Shown piece after piece: positions 46,747 to 56,614 of a stretch of 64,000 nucleotides of DNA. Numbering within the stretch: the stretch's first letter is position 1; the number at the start of each line of letters is the position of its first letter. Source of the stretch: Candidatus Omnitrophota bacterium. Its GTDB lineage: Bacteria; Omnitrophota; Gorgyraeia; Zapsychrales; Zapsychraceae. The position numbers and the translations under genes are program-made. The notes beneath the pieces were generated by a model, which had not been told where the DNA came from, ran no database searches, and saw nothing but the letters and a program-made list of their open reading frames with translations. The stretch spans positions 40,885-104,884 of the forward strand of contig JADFYJ010000007.1 of NCBI GenBank assembly GCA_015233115.1, given 5' to 3'.

Positions 46747-49700
46747 ATGAATTTAAAAAATTTTAAACAAACTCAGTTTTTCCGTCTCATTGCTTGCTGG
46801 ATTTTATGCAATTTTTTAATTGCATCTTTTATGCCGCCGCAAGGGGCTTGGGCGCAGACTGTTCTGAATTTGCCAATTCCAGGCACAATGCTGACAACTA
46901 CGCCAGCATATACGCCAATCATGGTAAAAGGTCTGCAGATTCACCCTGAAAACCCGCTGTTATTCGATTTTATTGTTGATACAGGCAAGTCCGGGCTTAA
47001 AGTAGATAGCTCCAATTTTAAAACCGAATCTCAAAAACTTATTAAATATTTTTTAGCTTCCCTGACTATCAAAGAGGAAAATTTATGGGTCAACTTATCG
47101 CCCTATGAAAAAAACCGGATTATGCCTAAAGATTTGAGTCAAACCGAACTCGGACGGGATATGCTGGCGCAAGATTATATTTTAAAACAATTAACCGCGT
47201 CTTTAATTTATCCTGAAAAAGAATTAGGGAAAAAGTTTTGGGACGCCGTATATTTAAAAATTTATGAAAATAGAAGAGAGAAAATAGAAGATAGACCAAC
47301 ACCAAAAAACAAATCGACAACAACGATCGCTTCTAATCTATCTTCTCCCGTCTATCATCTATTATCTGATAATTTAGACCTTCCAACCAACATATTGAGC
47401 AAAGTCTGGATCGTGGCAGATAAAGCTAAAGTGCTTGAAAAAAACAATACAGCCTATATTGTCGGCGCACATCTAAAAGTGCTTTTGGATACCGATTATT
47501 TGGCAAAACAAATGGCACCGGCATCCAAAAGCACAGCCCAAGAACAAATAGAGCCGCAAATCATGCGTCAAATCATCATTCCTGAAATCGAACGCGAAGT
47601 GAACGAAGGCGCGCATTTCGCCCAATTACGCCAAATGTTTCATTCCATGATCTTGGCCGCTTGGTATAAACAAACCATTAAAAATTCACTGCTTAATCAA
47701 GTGTATAGCAATAAATCAAAAACAAATGGCGTTCAGGTTGACGATCTTGCTATTAAAGAAAAAATTTATCAGCAATATTTAGACGCTTATAAAAAAGGTG
47801 TGTTTAACTATATCAAAGAAGATTATGATTCTGCCAACCAGCAAATAACCTCCCGAAAATATTTCTCCGGAGGAGAAGATTTCGCGATGTTAAAAAATGT
47901 CGAACGAGAAACTAAACTTGTAAAAGGAGATCAAAATCCGGACGTCCCAATCGGTGATACCGCCTTGGTATCCTTTGATATTCAAAAAGCTACAAACCCT
48001 GATCGTGCCCTGCTCAACACTTCAGAGTTAACCATGTCCAAATTCTCGACCACAGAAGAACCGGGAATCAAAATTATTGATCATATTATATTTCATTGGG
48101 AAGGGAAAGAAGTGCTGTTGCTTTTAAATGCTGCCCAAAAAATAACTAAAGGGTATAGTTTAATTTATGATGTTTTTATTGATCAAAAAGCAACAAAAAC
48201 TCTGACCGTTCATCTTCATCCAGTAAATGATAAAATGATTGTTAAATCGTTTGATTATATTTTTGAAGAAAACAAAGACTTCGAAAACGTGCTTCATCAC
48301 TGGCTTAACTCACAAATACACTTACCCTGGGATGGCTCTTTCTTTTCTAAATCAACAACTGAACCAACAACTGCGCCAACTCCAGAACTAACGATTTATC
48401 CTAAAACCATATTGCCTAAAGCAACACATCACTTTACATTACAGCATGAAGCGTCTGCTATATTCGAAGAGCAAGGAACAGAACATCCGCTTAAACTTAC
48501 TATAGAAAGAGCTGATGAACGCTATCAGAAACATGTATATTTTGTCAAAAAAGAAAATGGCCATGGTGAACAATCCTATACCCTTCCTCACGAGCCTGAT
48601 GTAGCGGACAGCATTCCGGCTATTTTTTGGAGATACATAGGAGACAGTGATGAAACCGAAATTGTTTTTAACAATAAATCGACGAACCCGTTTATCATGA
48701 CCCTCACAAATCCCATTGATCAAGCCATGATGGATTCATCAAACGATTATTTAACAGCTAACCTGCCATTTTCAATAGCGGAAAGCATTGTTTCGACTGT
48801 TTTAAAACAAAAAAATTTTACTTGGCAAACTAAAGACAAATTAAAAAACGAATTGTTAAATTACATTATCCAACACGTGAATTCAGATAAATTAATAACT
48901 TTTGTAGAAAATGTCCTGACCAATGCTTTAACTCAATATGTCAGCATACCAGAAATTAATCCGCAAAATCCAGCAGAAACTGAGCATTGGCGCATTAATA
49001 ATGAACGAAAACGTCAGATTTTTGAATTTCTCCAAGGGATAAATTCTAGAATTGTAAAAATCGGCCGTTTAAGTGATAAAAAAATTGCTGTCAGCCTTTG
49101 GATCACTCCCATTATTGCCAAACAAACTCAATTTGAACCATATTTTGCTGAAAATATTTTATGGTCCCAAGTGGCATCTGGTGTCGCAGAACAGACTATT
49201 CGTAACCTCCAAGATAGTTTTGTTAAATTAAAATTATTTGATATTAAAAACGACAAACTAACGCTTTCCACTATTAGTAAAAACGAACATGATGAAAATA
49301 TACGCATCTTAAATTTTGATTCCCCTGAAAACTCTGCTAAATTGGAGATTCGCTATAAAGATCCTGAGATGAATGGCAAAGGGGAGAGATCATTATCTTA
49401 CAAATTTATTGTCAAAGGCCAACCCCGAGCTATAAAATTTATTAAAATATTTTCAAATAAAGAAGAAGCAAGGCAAATATTTGACTACCAATATCTGCCC
49501 AATAGACCTACGGATAAAACGTTGAAGTTATTGACAACAGACATACTTTTTCATGGAAAAATGATAGACGCGGCTATGGCCGCTAAAGCAGAAATAAAAC
49601 AAATCAATGGCGGCATTGATCTCAATTCCAAAAATATGAGCATAGATATTACTAACCCTTTGACTATCTCAGGGTCTAAGCCTCTGATTAAATTTGACCC

Positions 49701-49788
49701 GGGTATGATCGCGGAATTTGAAGCTGGCGATTTTTCAGGGGTAACTTTTAAGATAATCAGCATCATACCCATTCAAAATACCCTTTGA
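46747..49788 (+). CDS. Large secreted hypothetical protein (1013 aa); the N-terminal 350 aa are paralogous to the ORF at 62723
   Basis: Signal peptide. The conserved block LIKYFLASLT..ENLWVNLSPYEK.RI.PK...QTE.GRD.LAQDY.LKQ.TASL.YPE is shared with the window-end ORF. Confidence 0.6.
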   Translation: MNLKNFKQTQFFRLIACWILCNFLIASFMPPQGAWAQTVLNLPIPGTMLTTTPAYTPIMVKGLQIHPENPLLFDFIVDTGKSGLKVDSSNFKTESQKLIKYFLASLTIKEENLWVNLSPYEKNRIMPKDLSQTELGRDMLAQDYILKQLTASLIYPEKELGKKFWDAVYLKIYENRREKIEDRPTPKNKSTTTIASNLSSPVYHLLSDNLDLPTNILSKVWIVADKAKVLEKNNTAYIVGAHLKVLLDTDYLAKQMAPASKSTAQEQIEPQIMRQIIIPEIEREVNEGAHFAQLRQMFHSMILAAWYKQTIKNSLLNQVYSNKSKTNGVQVDDLAIKEKIYQQYLDAYKKGVFNYIKEDYDSANQQITSRKYFSGGEDFAMLKNVERETKLVKGDQNPDVPIGDTALVSFDIQKATNPDRALLNTSELTMSKFSTTEEPGIKIIDHIIFHWEGKEVLLLLNAAQKITKGYSLIYDVFIDQKATKTLTVHLHPVNDKMIVKSFDYIFEENKDFENVLHHWLNSQIHLPWDGSFFSKSTTEPTTAPTPELTIYPKTILPKATHHFTLQHEASAIFEEQGTEHPLKLTIERADERYQKHVYFVKKENGHGEQSYTLPHEPDVADSIPAIFWRYIGDSDETEIVFNNKSTNPFIMTLTNPIDQAMMDSSNDYLTANLPFSIAESIVSTVLKQKNFTWQTKDKLKNELLNYIIQHVNSDKLITFVENVLTNALTQYVSIPEINPQNPAETEHWRINNERKRQIFEFLQGINSRIVKIGRLSDKKIAVSLWITPIIAKQTQFEPYFAENILWSQVASGVAEQTIRNLQDSFVKLKLFDIKNDKLTLSTISKNEHDENIRILNFDSPENSAKLEIRYKDPEMNGKGERSLSYKFIVKGQPRAIKFIKIFSNKEEARQIFDYQYLPNRPTDKTLKLLTTDILFHGKMIDAAMAAKAEIKQINGGIDLNSKNMSIDITNPLTISGSKPLIKFDPGMIAEFEAGDFSGVTFKIISIIPIQNTL

Positions 49789-49821
49789 CCCCTAATTACG
49801 AATTTTAATTCGTAATTGGGG
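49789..49821 (+). terminator. Hairpin terminator candidate (cccctaattacgaatt/aattcgtaattgggg)
   Basis: 15-bp inverted repeat immediately after the stop at 49788, followed by gttt. Confidence 0.55.
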
Positions 49822-50167
49822 TTTGACTTAATCCGACAAGTTTTCTTTTGCATTTATGCGATAATTTTGTATAATAACGATCATTTTTTTGATAGAGTAT
49901 ATATCCATTAACAAGTAATAATAATTAAATTAAAATTATATCTGGACAAGTCATAGACCTGTCCAAAAAATAGGACTGTTGAAAAATGCTTAGATACAAG
50001 GCATTTTCTGAATGAGCGCGGAGGCCGTTTTTCTGGATATGTTATTGAAACCGGCACTACGCTAAGATATTAAATATTTATATCTTTTGTCGACGTACAA
50101 TAGTTATATATTGATAGGCGAATGAAGAAATAACGCCGTAGATAAGCGTTTTGCAACAGTCCTTTAT

Positions 50168-50199
50168 CGGAGCGTAGCCCATTCGACTGCGCTCAGGAC
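50168..50199 (+). repeat. Conserved element duplicating the first 11 nt of tRNA-Pro (upstream of tRNA-Pro)
   Basis: cggagcgtagc (identical to tRNA-Pro nt 1-11) followed by ccattcgactgcgctcaggac; paralogous to 39962-39993. Confidence 0.7.
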
Positions 50200-50223
50200 A
50201 TTACTAAACGACAATTTTTTAAA

Positions 50224-50297
50224 CGGAGCGTAGCGCAGCTGGCTAGCGCACTAGTATGGGGTACTAGTGGTCGAGAGTTCGAATCTCTCCGCTCCGA
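50224..50297 (+). tRNA. tRNA-Pro (anticodon GGG)
   Basis: Acceptor cggagcg/cgctccg, anticodon stem ctagt/actag, loop atggggt, T-loop ttcgaat. Confidence 0.85.
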
Positions 50298-50362
50298 CTT
50301 TTTCAACTTTGTACTCTCTACTTTGCGTACTCTGTACTTTAACCTTCAGAAAAGGATGTCCT

Positions 50363-50782
50363 ATGGGATTCTTTGGAAAAGAAACACCTAAAAGCCCGAG
50401 CTCTGATAATCACATTGACAGACGGCATTATCCCAGATTTCAAAAAAATTTTATTTTGAAATATTTTCCTAAAGATAACCCCGCAGATAAAATTGAAACA
50501 ACTCAGCTAAAAAATATCAGCTTTGGAGGGATGTGTTTTATTACCTGCCGAAGATTTGATAAGGGCACAGAACTGCTTCTGGAATTACAAACACCTTATC
50601 TTTCTGAAGTCACTTATTTAGAAGGAGAAGTTCAAGAATCACGTCAAAAAGTTTCGGATATACTATTTGAAACACGTTTAAGTTTAAAAAATATGACCCC
50701 ACAGGCAGAATTTCTGATCGGCAAAATGGTTGAGTTCTTCGCCAATGAAGAAAAGAAAAAAAAGGCAGAAAACCATGAATAA
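50363..50782 (+). CDS. PilZ domain protein
   Basis: RRHYPRF...NISFGGMCF matches the RxxxR / (D/N)xSxGG c-di-GMP-binding motifs. The track ORF's upstream extension overlaps tRNA-Pro and is rejected. Confidence 0.55.
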   Translation: MGFFGKETPKSPSSDNHIDRRHYPRFQKNFILKYFPKDNPADKIETTQLKNISFGGMCFITCRRFDKGTELLLELQTPYLSEVTYLEGEVQESRQKVSDILFETRLSLKNMTPQAEFLIGKMVEFFANEEKKKKAENHE

Positions 50783-52064
50783 AATCAATATCGGTCTTAT
50801 TGGCTTTGGAACAGTCGGTTCCGGGGTCGTAGAGTTTCTTCACACGAAAAAATCTTATATAGCCAATAAATACAACACAGAATTTACGGTTAAAACTGTA
50901 TGCGACTTGTACATTACGCCAGATAAAGTGAAAAAATTCGGAAAAATCAAGACTACAAAAAAATATCAGGAAATCCTCGAAGATCCGGAAATTGATGTGG
51001 TCGTTGAACTGATCGGCGGATTGCATCCAGCCAAAGAAATTGTATTTGGCTCGCTCAATAATGGTAAAGATGTGGTCACGGCTAACAAAGCTTTAATTTC
51101 GCATCACGGGAAAGAATTATTCGAACTTGCTCAGCAAAACGGATTACGACTGTTTTTTGAATCAGCAGTCATGGCGGGTGTACCGACCATTAAAACTGTT
51201 ACTGAAGGCATTATTGGCAATGAATTTAACGGGATCTACGGCATTTTAAACGGTACTTGCAATTATATTCTGACTCAAATGTCAGATAACAACTGTTCTT
51301 TCCCAGACGCGCTTAAGAAAGCTCAGGAGAAAGGTTATGCCGAAGCCGACCCTACGCTCGACATCAGCGGAGGGGACACAGCGCATAAACTTTTAATTAT
51401 GGCCTACTTGGCTTTTGGGAAATTTATCAAATTCAATGAAATTTATACAGAAGGTATTTCGCAAATCTCGCAGAACGATATTGAATACGCGGAACGTTTA
51501 GGTTTAACCATTAAATTATTAGCCATAGCCAAAAAAGTAAATAATACCATTGAAGCACGAGTTCATCCAACGTTGATTCCCAAAGAGCATCCTTTGGCAT
51601 CAATCAATAGCGTCTTTAATGGCATGTTATTAGACTCAGACATGCTGGGTAAAGTGCTATTATCTGGGGAAGGCGCAGGCAAAATGGCAGCCGCTTCAGG
51701 CGTAGTCAGTGACCTCATCAATTTAGCGCATAATCCGGCTCAGCCGATTTTGTCCAATTTAACATATGAAAATAAAGCCTTAACCGTAAAGAAGATCGAC
51801 GATGTGATCAGCAAATTTTATTTACGTTTGCTCGCTGTTAATAAACCCGGCGTTTTATCAAAAATTACCGGAATATTAGGTAAACACGACATCAGCATCA
51901 ATTCTGTGACGCAAAAAGAACAAGACGCCAAATCACCGGTTCCGGTTATTATGCTGACAGACAGCACCTCTGAACGAAATATGCGCAACGCTCTAAAAGA
52001 AATTGAAAAAATGGCTGTAATCAAAAGCAAGCCGGTAGCGATTAGAATGGAGACTTTACAATGA
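50775..52064 (+). CDS. hom: Homoserine dehydrogenase
   Basis: [16 protein letters not shown]-binding motif, a conserved catalytic region and a C-terminal ACT domain. The start is approximate (MNKINIG). Confidence 0.85.
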   Translation: MNKINIGLIGFGTVGSGVVEFLHTKKSYIANKYNTEFTVKTVCDLYITPDKVKKFGKIKTTKKYQEILEDPEIDVVVELIGGLHPAKEIVFGSLNNGKDVVTANKALISHHGKELFELAQQNGLRLFFESAVMAGVPTIKTVTEGIIGNEFNGIYGILNGTCNYILTQMSDNNCSFPDALKKAQEKGYAEADPTLDISGGDTAHKLLIMAYLAFGKFIKFNEIYTEGISQISQNDIEYAERLGLTIKLLAIAKKVNNTIEARVHPTLIPKEHPLASINSVFNGMLLDSDMLGKVLLSGEGAGKMAAASGVVSDLINLAHNPAQPILSNLTYENKALTVKKIDDVISKFYLRLLAVNKPGVLSKITGILGKHDISINSVTQKEQDAKSPVPVIMLTDSTSERNMRNALKEIEKMAVIKSKPVAIRMETLQ

Positions 52065-53113
52065 AGTGGACAGGTTTAATTAATAAATACCGTGAATTTT
52101 TACCCGTCACAGATAAAACTCCGGTTGTCACTTTAAATGAAGGAAACACGCCGCTCATTTCATCTCCATACTTTTCTTCTCTAACCGGCATGGAAGTTTA
52201 TTTAAAATATGAAGGGCTTAACCCAACCGGATCATTTAAAGACCGCGGTATGACCATGGCGATTTCCAAAGCTAAAGAAGAAGGCGTTAAAGCGGTCATG
52301 TGCGCGTCAACCGGCAATACCTCTGCATCAGCGTCCGCTTACGCGGCGAGGGCAGGGATGAAAAGTTTTGTGCTGATCCCAGACGGCAATATCGCGCTCG
52401 GCAAACTCGCGCAAGCCATGATTCACAATGCCACGGTTATTGCCATCAAAGGCAATTTTGATCAGGCCCTGGAAATGGTGGTAGAGGTCACTAAAAAATA
52501 TCCAATCGCGTTAGTTAATTCGATCAATCCGTTCCGTATTGAAGGACAAAAAACCGCAGCTTTTGAAATTTGCGATTTTCTGGATGATGCGCCTGAGTTC
52601 CATGCCATTCCAGTCGGAAATGCCGGCAATATTACGGCCTATTGGAAAGGTTATAAAGAATATAAACAAGTTGGAAAATCAAAACAGCTTCCCAAAATGC
52701 TGGGATTTCAGGCCGCAGGTTCCGCGCCGATAGTACTTGGTCATCCGGTTAAGAAACCTGAAACCATTGCCACAGCGATTAAAATTGGCAATCCGGCCAG
52801 CTGGAAATTTGCTGAAGCCGCGCGCGATGAGTCCAAAGGTTTAATTGACATGGTCACAGACGATGAAATTTTGGAAGCTTATAAACTTTTAGCCAAATTC
52901 GACGGAGTTTTTGCTGAACCGGCATCAGCCGCATCCGTTGCTGGCATCATTAAATTGAATAAAAGCGGGTATTTTAAAGGCCAAAAAGGGCGTATCGTGT
53001 GCACATTAACCGGCCACGGCTTAAAAGATCCCAATATCGCGTTAAAATGCGTTGGTGAACCAATGGTCATTAATCCTGACATGAACGAACTTATAAAAAC
53101 TATCGGAATATAA
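52061..53113 (+). CDS. thrC: Threonine synthase
   Basis: PLP-binding SFKDRG motif and fold-type II PLP enzyme blocks. Confidence 0.85.
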   Translation: MKWTGLINKYREFLPVTDKTPVVTLNEGNTPLISSPYFSSLTGMEVYLKYEGLNPTGSFKDRGMTMAISKAKEEGVKAVMCASTGNTSASASAYAARAGMKSFVLIPDGNIALGKLAQAMIHNATVIAIKGNFDQALEMVVEVTKKYPIALVNSINPFRIEGQKTAAFEICDFLDDAPEFHAIPVGNAGNITAYWKGYKEYKQVGKSKQLPKMLGFQAAGSAPIVLGHPVKKPETIATAIKIGNPASWKFAEAARDESKGLIDMVTDDEILEAYKLLAKFDGVFAEPASAASVAGIIKLNKSGYFKGQKGRIVCTLTGHGLKDPNIALKCVGEPMVINPDMNELIKTIGI

Positions 53114-53116
53114 AAA

Positions 53117-53335
53117 GTCACAAAGACACAAAGTCACAAGGTCACAAAGGGAAATAAAGATAATAAAAGCAATTAATAAAAAAAATGCAAACATTTAAAT
53201 TATTAAGAAGTCGCGTTTAGTTTTTCATAAAATTTAAACAAATACTTTTTTGAAAGCGAATATAGATTTAATTTTTGTTATTCTATTTTTCATTTCTTAA
53301 ACATTGTGACTTTGTGACCTTGTGTCTTTGTGACC
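53117..53335 (+). repeat. Inverted oligo-repeat pair (gtcacaaagacacaaagtcacaaggtcacaaagg / ttgtgactttgtgaccttgtgtctttgtgacc) flanking a 150-bp AT-rich spacer between thrC and coaB
   Basis: Reverse-complement arms with about two mismatches, read directly. Confidence 0.75.
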
Positions 53336-53342
53336 TCTAAAT

Positions 53343-53993
53343 ATGCAAAATAAATCTGTTCTTATTACTTGCGGCCCAACCTGGACGCCGATTGATGACA
53401 TGCGGGTGATCAGCAATAAATCGAGCGGAACGCTGGGGCATATCCTTGCGGATTTATTCTGCAAAAAAGGATTTAAAGTTACTTTGCTGGAAGGACCGGT
53501 GCAGGAGAGGATGAAACCGGTAAAGAATCTAACGATTATCCCATTTCAGTATTATAGCGAATTTCGCGCGGAACTTTTAAAAGCGCTTAAACAAAATTTT
53601 GATATTGTCGTGCACGCGGCAGCTGTGTCTGATTATCAATTAAAGAAACCATTTAACCAAAAAGTCAGTTCTCATTTAAAGGAACTTAAACTCACTTTAG
53701 TGCCGACGGAAAAATTGATTTCTTTGATCAAACAGAAAAGCCCAAAAAGTTGTCTGGTAGGATTTAAGCTGGAATCATCAATTGCCGCAAAATCCGCCAT
53801 TAGAAAAACTGAAGATTTATTTAACCAGGCGCAATGTGATTTAGTCATTTTAAATTCATTAACCGGAAACAAATATTACGGCGTAATTTTAAACAAAAAC
53901 CGCGAAATCCTCGCACAAGCATCAAGCCGCGAAGAAATCGCGAATCACTTGATCAAAATTTTTAACCAAAAACCAACAAATAACGACCTGTAG
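53343..53993 (+). CDS. coaB: Phosphopantothenate--cysteine ligase (standalone CoaB)
   Basis: VLITCGPTWTPIDDMRVISNKSSGTLG matches the CoaB/DFP consensus (ITAGPT.EPID.VR.ISN.SSG). No CoaC flavoprotein domain is fused. Confidence 0.65.
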   Translation: MQNKSVLITCGPTWTPIDDMRVISNKSSGTLGHILADLFCKKGFKVTLLEGPVQERMKPVKNLTIIPFQYYSEFRAELLKALKQNFDIVVHAAAVSDYQLKKPFNQKVSSHLKELKLTLVPTEKLISLIKQKSPKSCLVGFKLESSIAAKSAIRKTEDLFNQAQCDLVILNSLTGNKYYGVILNKNREILAQASSREEIANHLIKIFNQKPTNNDL

Positions 53994-54057
53994 ATTTTTA
54001 TATTTTATTTTTTGACCAAAAACCATCAACCAAAAACCATTAGATTTTTATATTAAA

Positions 54058-55260
54058 ATGAAATACATCGTAATCGTTCCAGACGGCATGACAGATCTGC
54101 CGATTGAATCTTTAGGCGGTAAAACACCGCTGCAAGCTGCCCGTACCACGAATATGGACTATATGGCACAGCATGGTATGTGCGGCATGGTACAGACTAT
54201 TCCGCAAGGGATGCAGCCAGGATCTGATGTCGGCAACATGTCTTTAATGGGCTATGATCCACTCGAATACCATCCGGGCCGGGCGCCTTTGGAAGCCGCC
54301 AGCATGAATATAGAGCTTCAGCCTGAAGAGGTTGCTTTCCGCTGCAATTTAATTACCATGAGCGATCATGTCATGAAAGATTACAGCGCCGGCCATATCA
54401 AAGATAAAGAAGCCAATGTCCTTATTGAATCTCTCAGTAAAGAAATTGATCTTCCTTTTGGAAAATTTTACGCCGGAAAAAGTTACCGTCATTTACTCGT
54501 TTTAAAAGTAAGAGACCCGGAAGCATTTTGCACGATTACTACTGTGCCGCCGCATGATATTTTAAATCAGGATATCCGCGATTACGCGCCTAAAGGGCCG
54601 CATGCGGAGGTTCTGATCAGCATCATGGAACGGGCTTACGCGATTTTACAAAAACATCCTATCAATGATGTCAGGATCGATCTGAAAGAAAATCCGGCGA
54701 ATATGATCTGGTTATGGGGCCAAGGCATGAAACCCCAGCTTCCTAATTTTAAAGAAAAATTTGGATTAACCGGCGGAGTCATTTCCGCGGTAGATCTTGT
54801 CAGAGGCATCGGGAAATTAGCCGGCCTGGAGATTATTGACGTCCCAGGCATAAATGGTTATTATGATACAAATTATCTGGGTAAAGCTGAATACGCCCTT
54901 AAGGCTCTGGAAAAAAATAATTTTGTTTTTATCCACATTGAAGCACCGGATGAAGCTGGTCACAATGGCGATATCGAAAATAAAATTTTATCTTTAGAAA
55001 AAATTGATCAAGATGTTATCGGAACAATCCTTAACCGCGTTGATCCTCATGACACCCGAATCTTGGTCGTTGCGGATCACCCGACTCCGGTAGAAGTACG
55101 CACGCATACGTCTGAACCCGTTAATTTCTTGATGTTTGGAAAAGGCTTTGAACCAAACGGTGCCCCTGATTATTCAGAAAAATCATGCTCAGAACGCGAT
55201 TTAAAATTTGCTAACGGCGAAGACATGTTAAACTTTTTTATAAAAAAATATTTAGACTAA
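54058..55260 (+). CDS. apgM: Cofactor-independent phosphoglycerate mutase, ApgM (archaeal-type) family
   Basis: IVPDGMTD...G.TPL..A.TPN.D N-terminus and metal-binding HIEAPDEAGH motif. Confidence 0.7.
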   Translation: MKYIVIVPDGMTDLPIESLGGKTPLQAARTTNMDYMAQHGMCGMVQTIPQGMQPGSDVGNMSLMGYDPLEYHPGRAPLEAASMNIELQPEEVAFRCNLITMSDHVMKDYSAGHIKDKEANVLIESLSKEIDLPFGKFYAGKSYRHLLVLKVRDPEAFCTITTVPPHDILNQDIRDYAPKGPHAEVLISIMERAYAILQKHPINDVRIDLKENPANMIWLWGQGMKPQLPNFKEKFGLTGGVISAVDLVRGIGKLAGLEIIDVPGINGYYDTNYLGKAEYALKALEKNNFVFIHIEAPDEAGHNGDIENKILSLEKIDQDVIGTILNRVDPHDTRILVVADHPTPVEVRTHTSEPVNFLMFGKGFEPNGAPDYSEKSCSERDLKFANGEDMLNFFIKKYLD

Positions 55261-55288
55261 ATCCGAATTAAAGAAGAAAGGAAGACGC

Positions 55289-56512
55289 ATGGCAAAGAAG
55301 TCTATTGTGGTAATGAAATTCGGCGGCTCTTCCGTCGCTAATGTCGAGCGCATGCAGAACGTCGCGCGCAGAATAGTCGAGACCAAGACCAAGAATACTA
55401 ATGTCGCGGTCGTGGTTTCCGCGATGGGGGATACGACGGATGAATTTGAAGAATTGGCATTTAAATTAAGCAAAAATCCTCCAGTGCGCGAAATGGACAT
55501 GCTGATGTCAACCGGCGAGCAAATTTCCTCTGCACTGTTGGCGATCGCGGTTAAAGAATTAGGACACGACGCGGTTTCTTTTAACGGGAACCAGGTGGGT
55601 ATTGTGACTGATACTAATCATTCCAAAGCCATGATCCAAACGATCAGCGGGGCACGGATTAAGGACGCGTTTAAAGATAATAAAATTGTTATTGTGGCCG
55701 GTTTTCAAGGCATGACGGAAAACAATGAAATCACCACACTCGGCCGCGGCGGATCAGATTTGACGGCAGTTGCGTTGGCTAAAGCTTTGGATGCGGATGT
55801 CTGCGAAATTTATACAGATGTAACTGGCATTTATACGACGGATCCGCGCATTGTCAAAGAAGCGCGTAAACTCAAACAAATCACTTTTGACGAAATGTTG
55901 GAAATGGCTTCTCTAGGGGCGCAAGTTATGCAAGCGCGTTCTATTGAAGTTGCCAAAAGGTTTAACATACCGCTCCATGTTCGCTCAAGTTTAAGTAAGG
56001 AGGAAGGAACCATGATCGTGAAGAAATTAGAAAAAATTGAAGACATTTGCGTCACCGGCGTTACCTTAAATAAAAATGAAGCGAAGATTACAATTTGCGC
56101 GGTTCCGGATAAACCCGGCATTGCCGCCCAGATTTTCGACGAAGTTTCCAAAGCGGATGTTAACGTTGACCTGATTGTCCAGAACGTCAGCCGCGATAAG
56201 ACGACAGATATTTCTTTTACAGTGCCAAAATCTGAATTAGCAAAAGCGACGGCAGCCACTCGCAAGATTTCTGATAAAATCGGTGCTGGTGATGTACTTG
56301 AAGCGAGCAATATTGCCCGCGTATCCATTGTCGGTTCTGGCATGCGCTCTCATCACGGAATTGCAGCCGCCATGTTTAAAACTTTGGCAGACAATAAAAT
56401 CAACATTGATATGATTTCGACGTCAGAAATCAGTATTCAGTGCATCATCAATAAGGAAGACGCGGAAAAAGCTGTCAGTGTTTTGCATAAAGCGTTTGAA
56501 TTAGAAAAATAA
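55289..56512 (+). CDS. lysC: Aspartate kinase
   Basis: VMKFGGSSV, conserved kinase blocks and two C-terminal ACT domains. Confidence 0.85.
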   Translation: MAKKSIVVMKFGGSSVANVERMQNVARRIVETKTKNTNVAVVVSAMGDTTDEFEELAFKLSKNPPVREMDMLMSTGEQISSALLAIAVKELGHDAVSFNGNQVGIVTDTNHSKAMIQTISGARIKDAFKDNKIVIVAGFQGMTENNEITTLGRGGSDLTAVALAKALDADVCEIYTDVTGIYTTDPRIVKEARKLKQITFDEMLEMASLGAQVMQARSIEVAKRFNIPLHVRSSLSKEEGTMIVKKLEKIEDICVTGVTLNKNEAKITICAVPDKPGIAAQIFDEVSKADVNVDLIVQNVSRDKTTDISFTVPKSELAKATAATRKISDKIGAGDVLEASNIARVSIVGSGMRSHHGIAAAMFKTLADNKINIDMISTSEISIQCIINKEDAEKAVSVLHKAFELEK

Positions 56513-56614
56513 TAAAAACAGTATGTGGCATGTCGTATGTAGTATGTAGTAAAAAAAGCGATTGGTTTATAAAATTAACAACCAAAAACCAACAACCAAA
56601 AACCATAAACCCAA

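Noticed and set aside
50267-50362. N-terminal extension of the PilZ ORF in the track
   Set aside because: It overlaps tRNA-Pro. The start is moved to the ATG at 50363.
56519-56612. Second arm for the gtatgtag-type repeat after lysC
   Set aside because: Only one arm is present (cagtatgtggcatgtcgtatgtagtatgtagta). The downstream sequence is a caaaaacca-type AC repeat, not its reverse complement. It is therefore recorded as a single-arm occurrence within the repeat-family finding.
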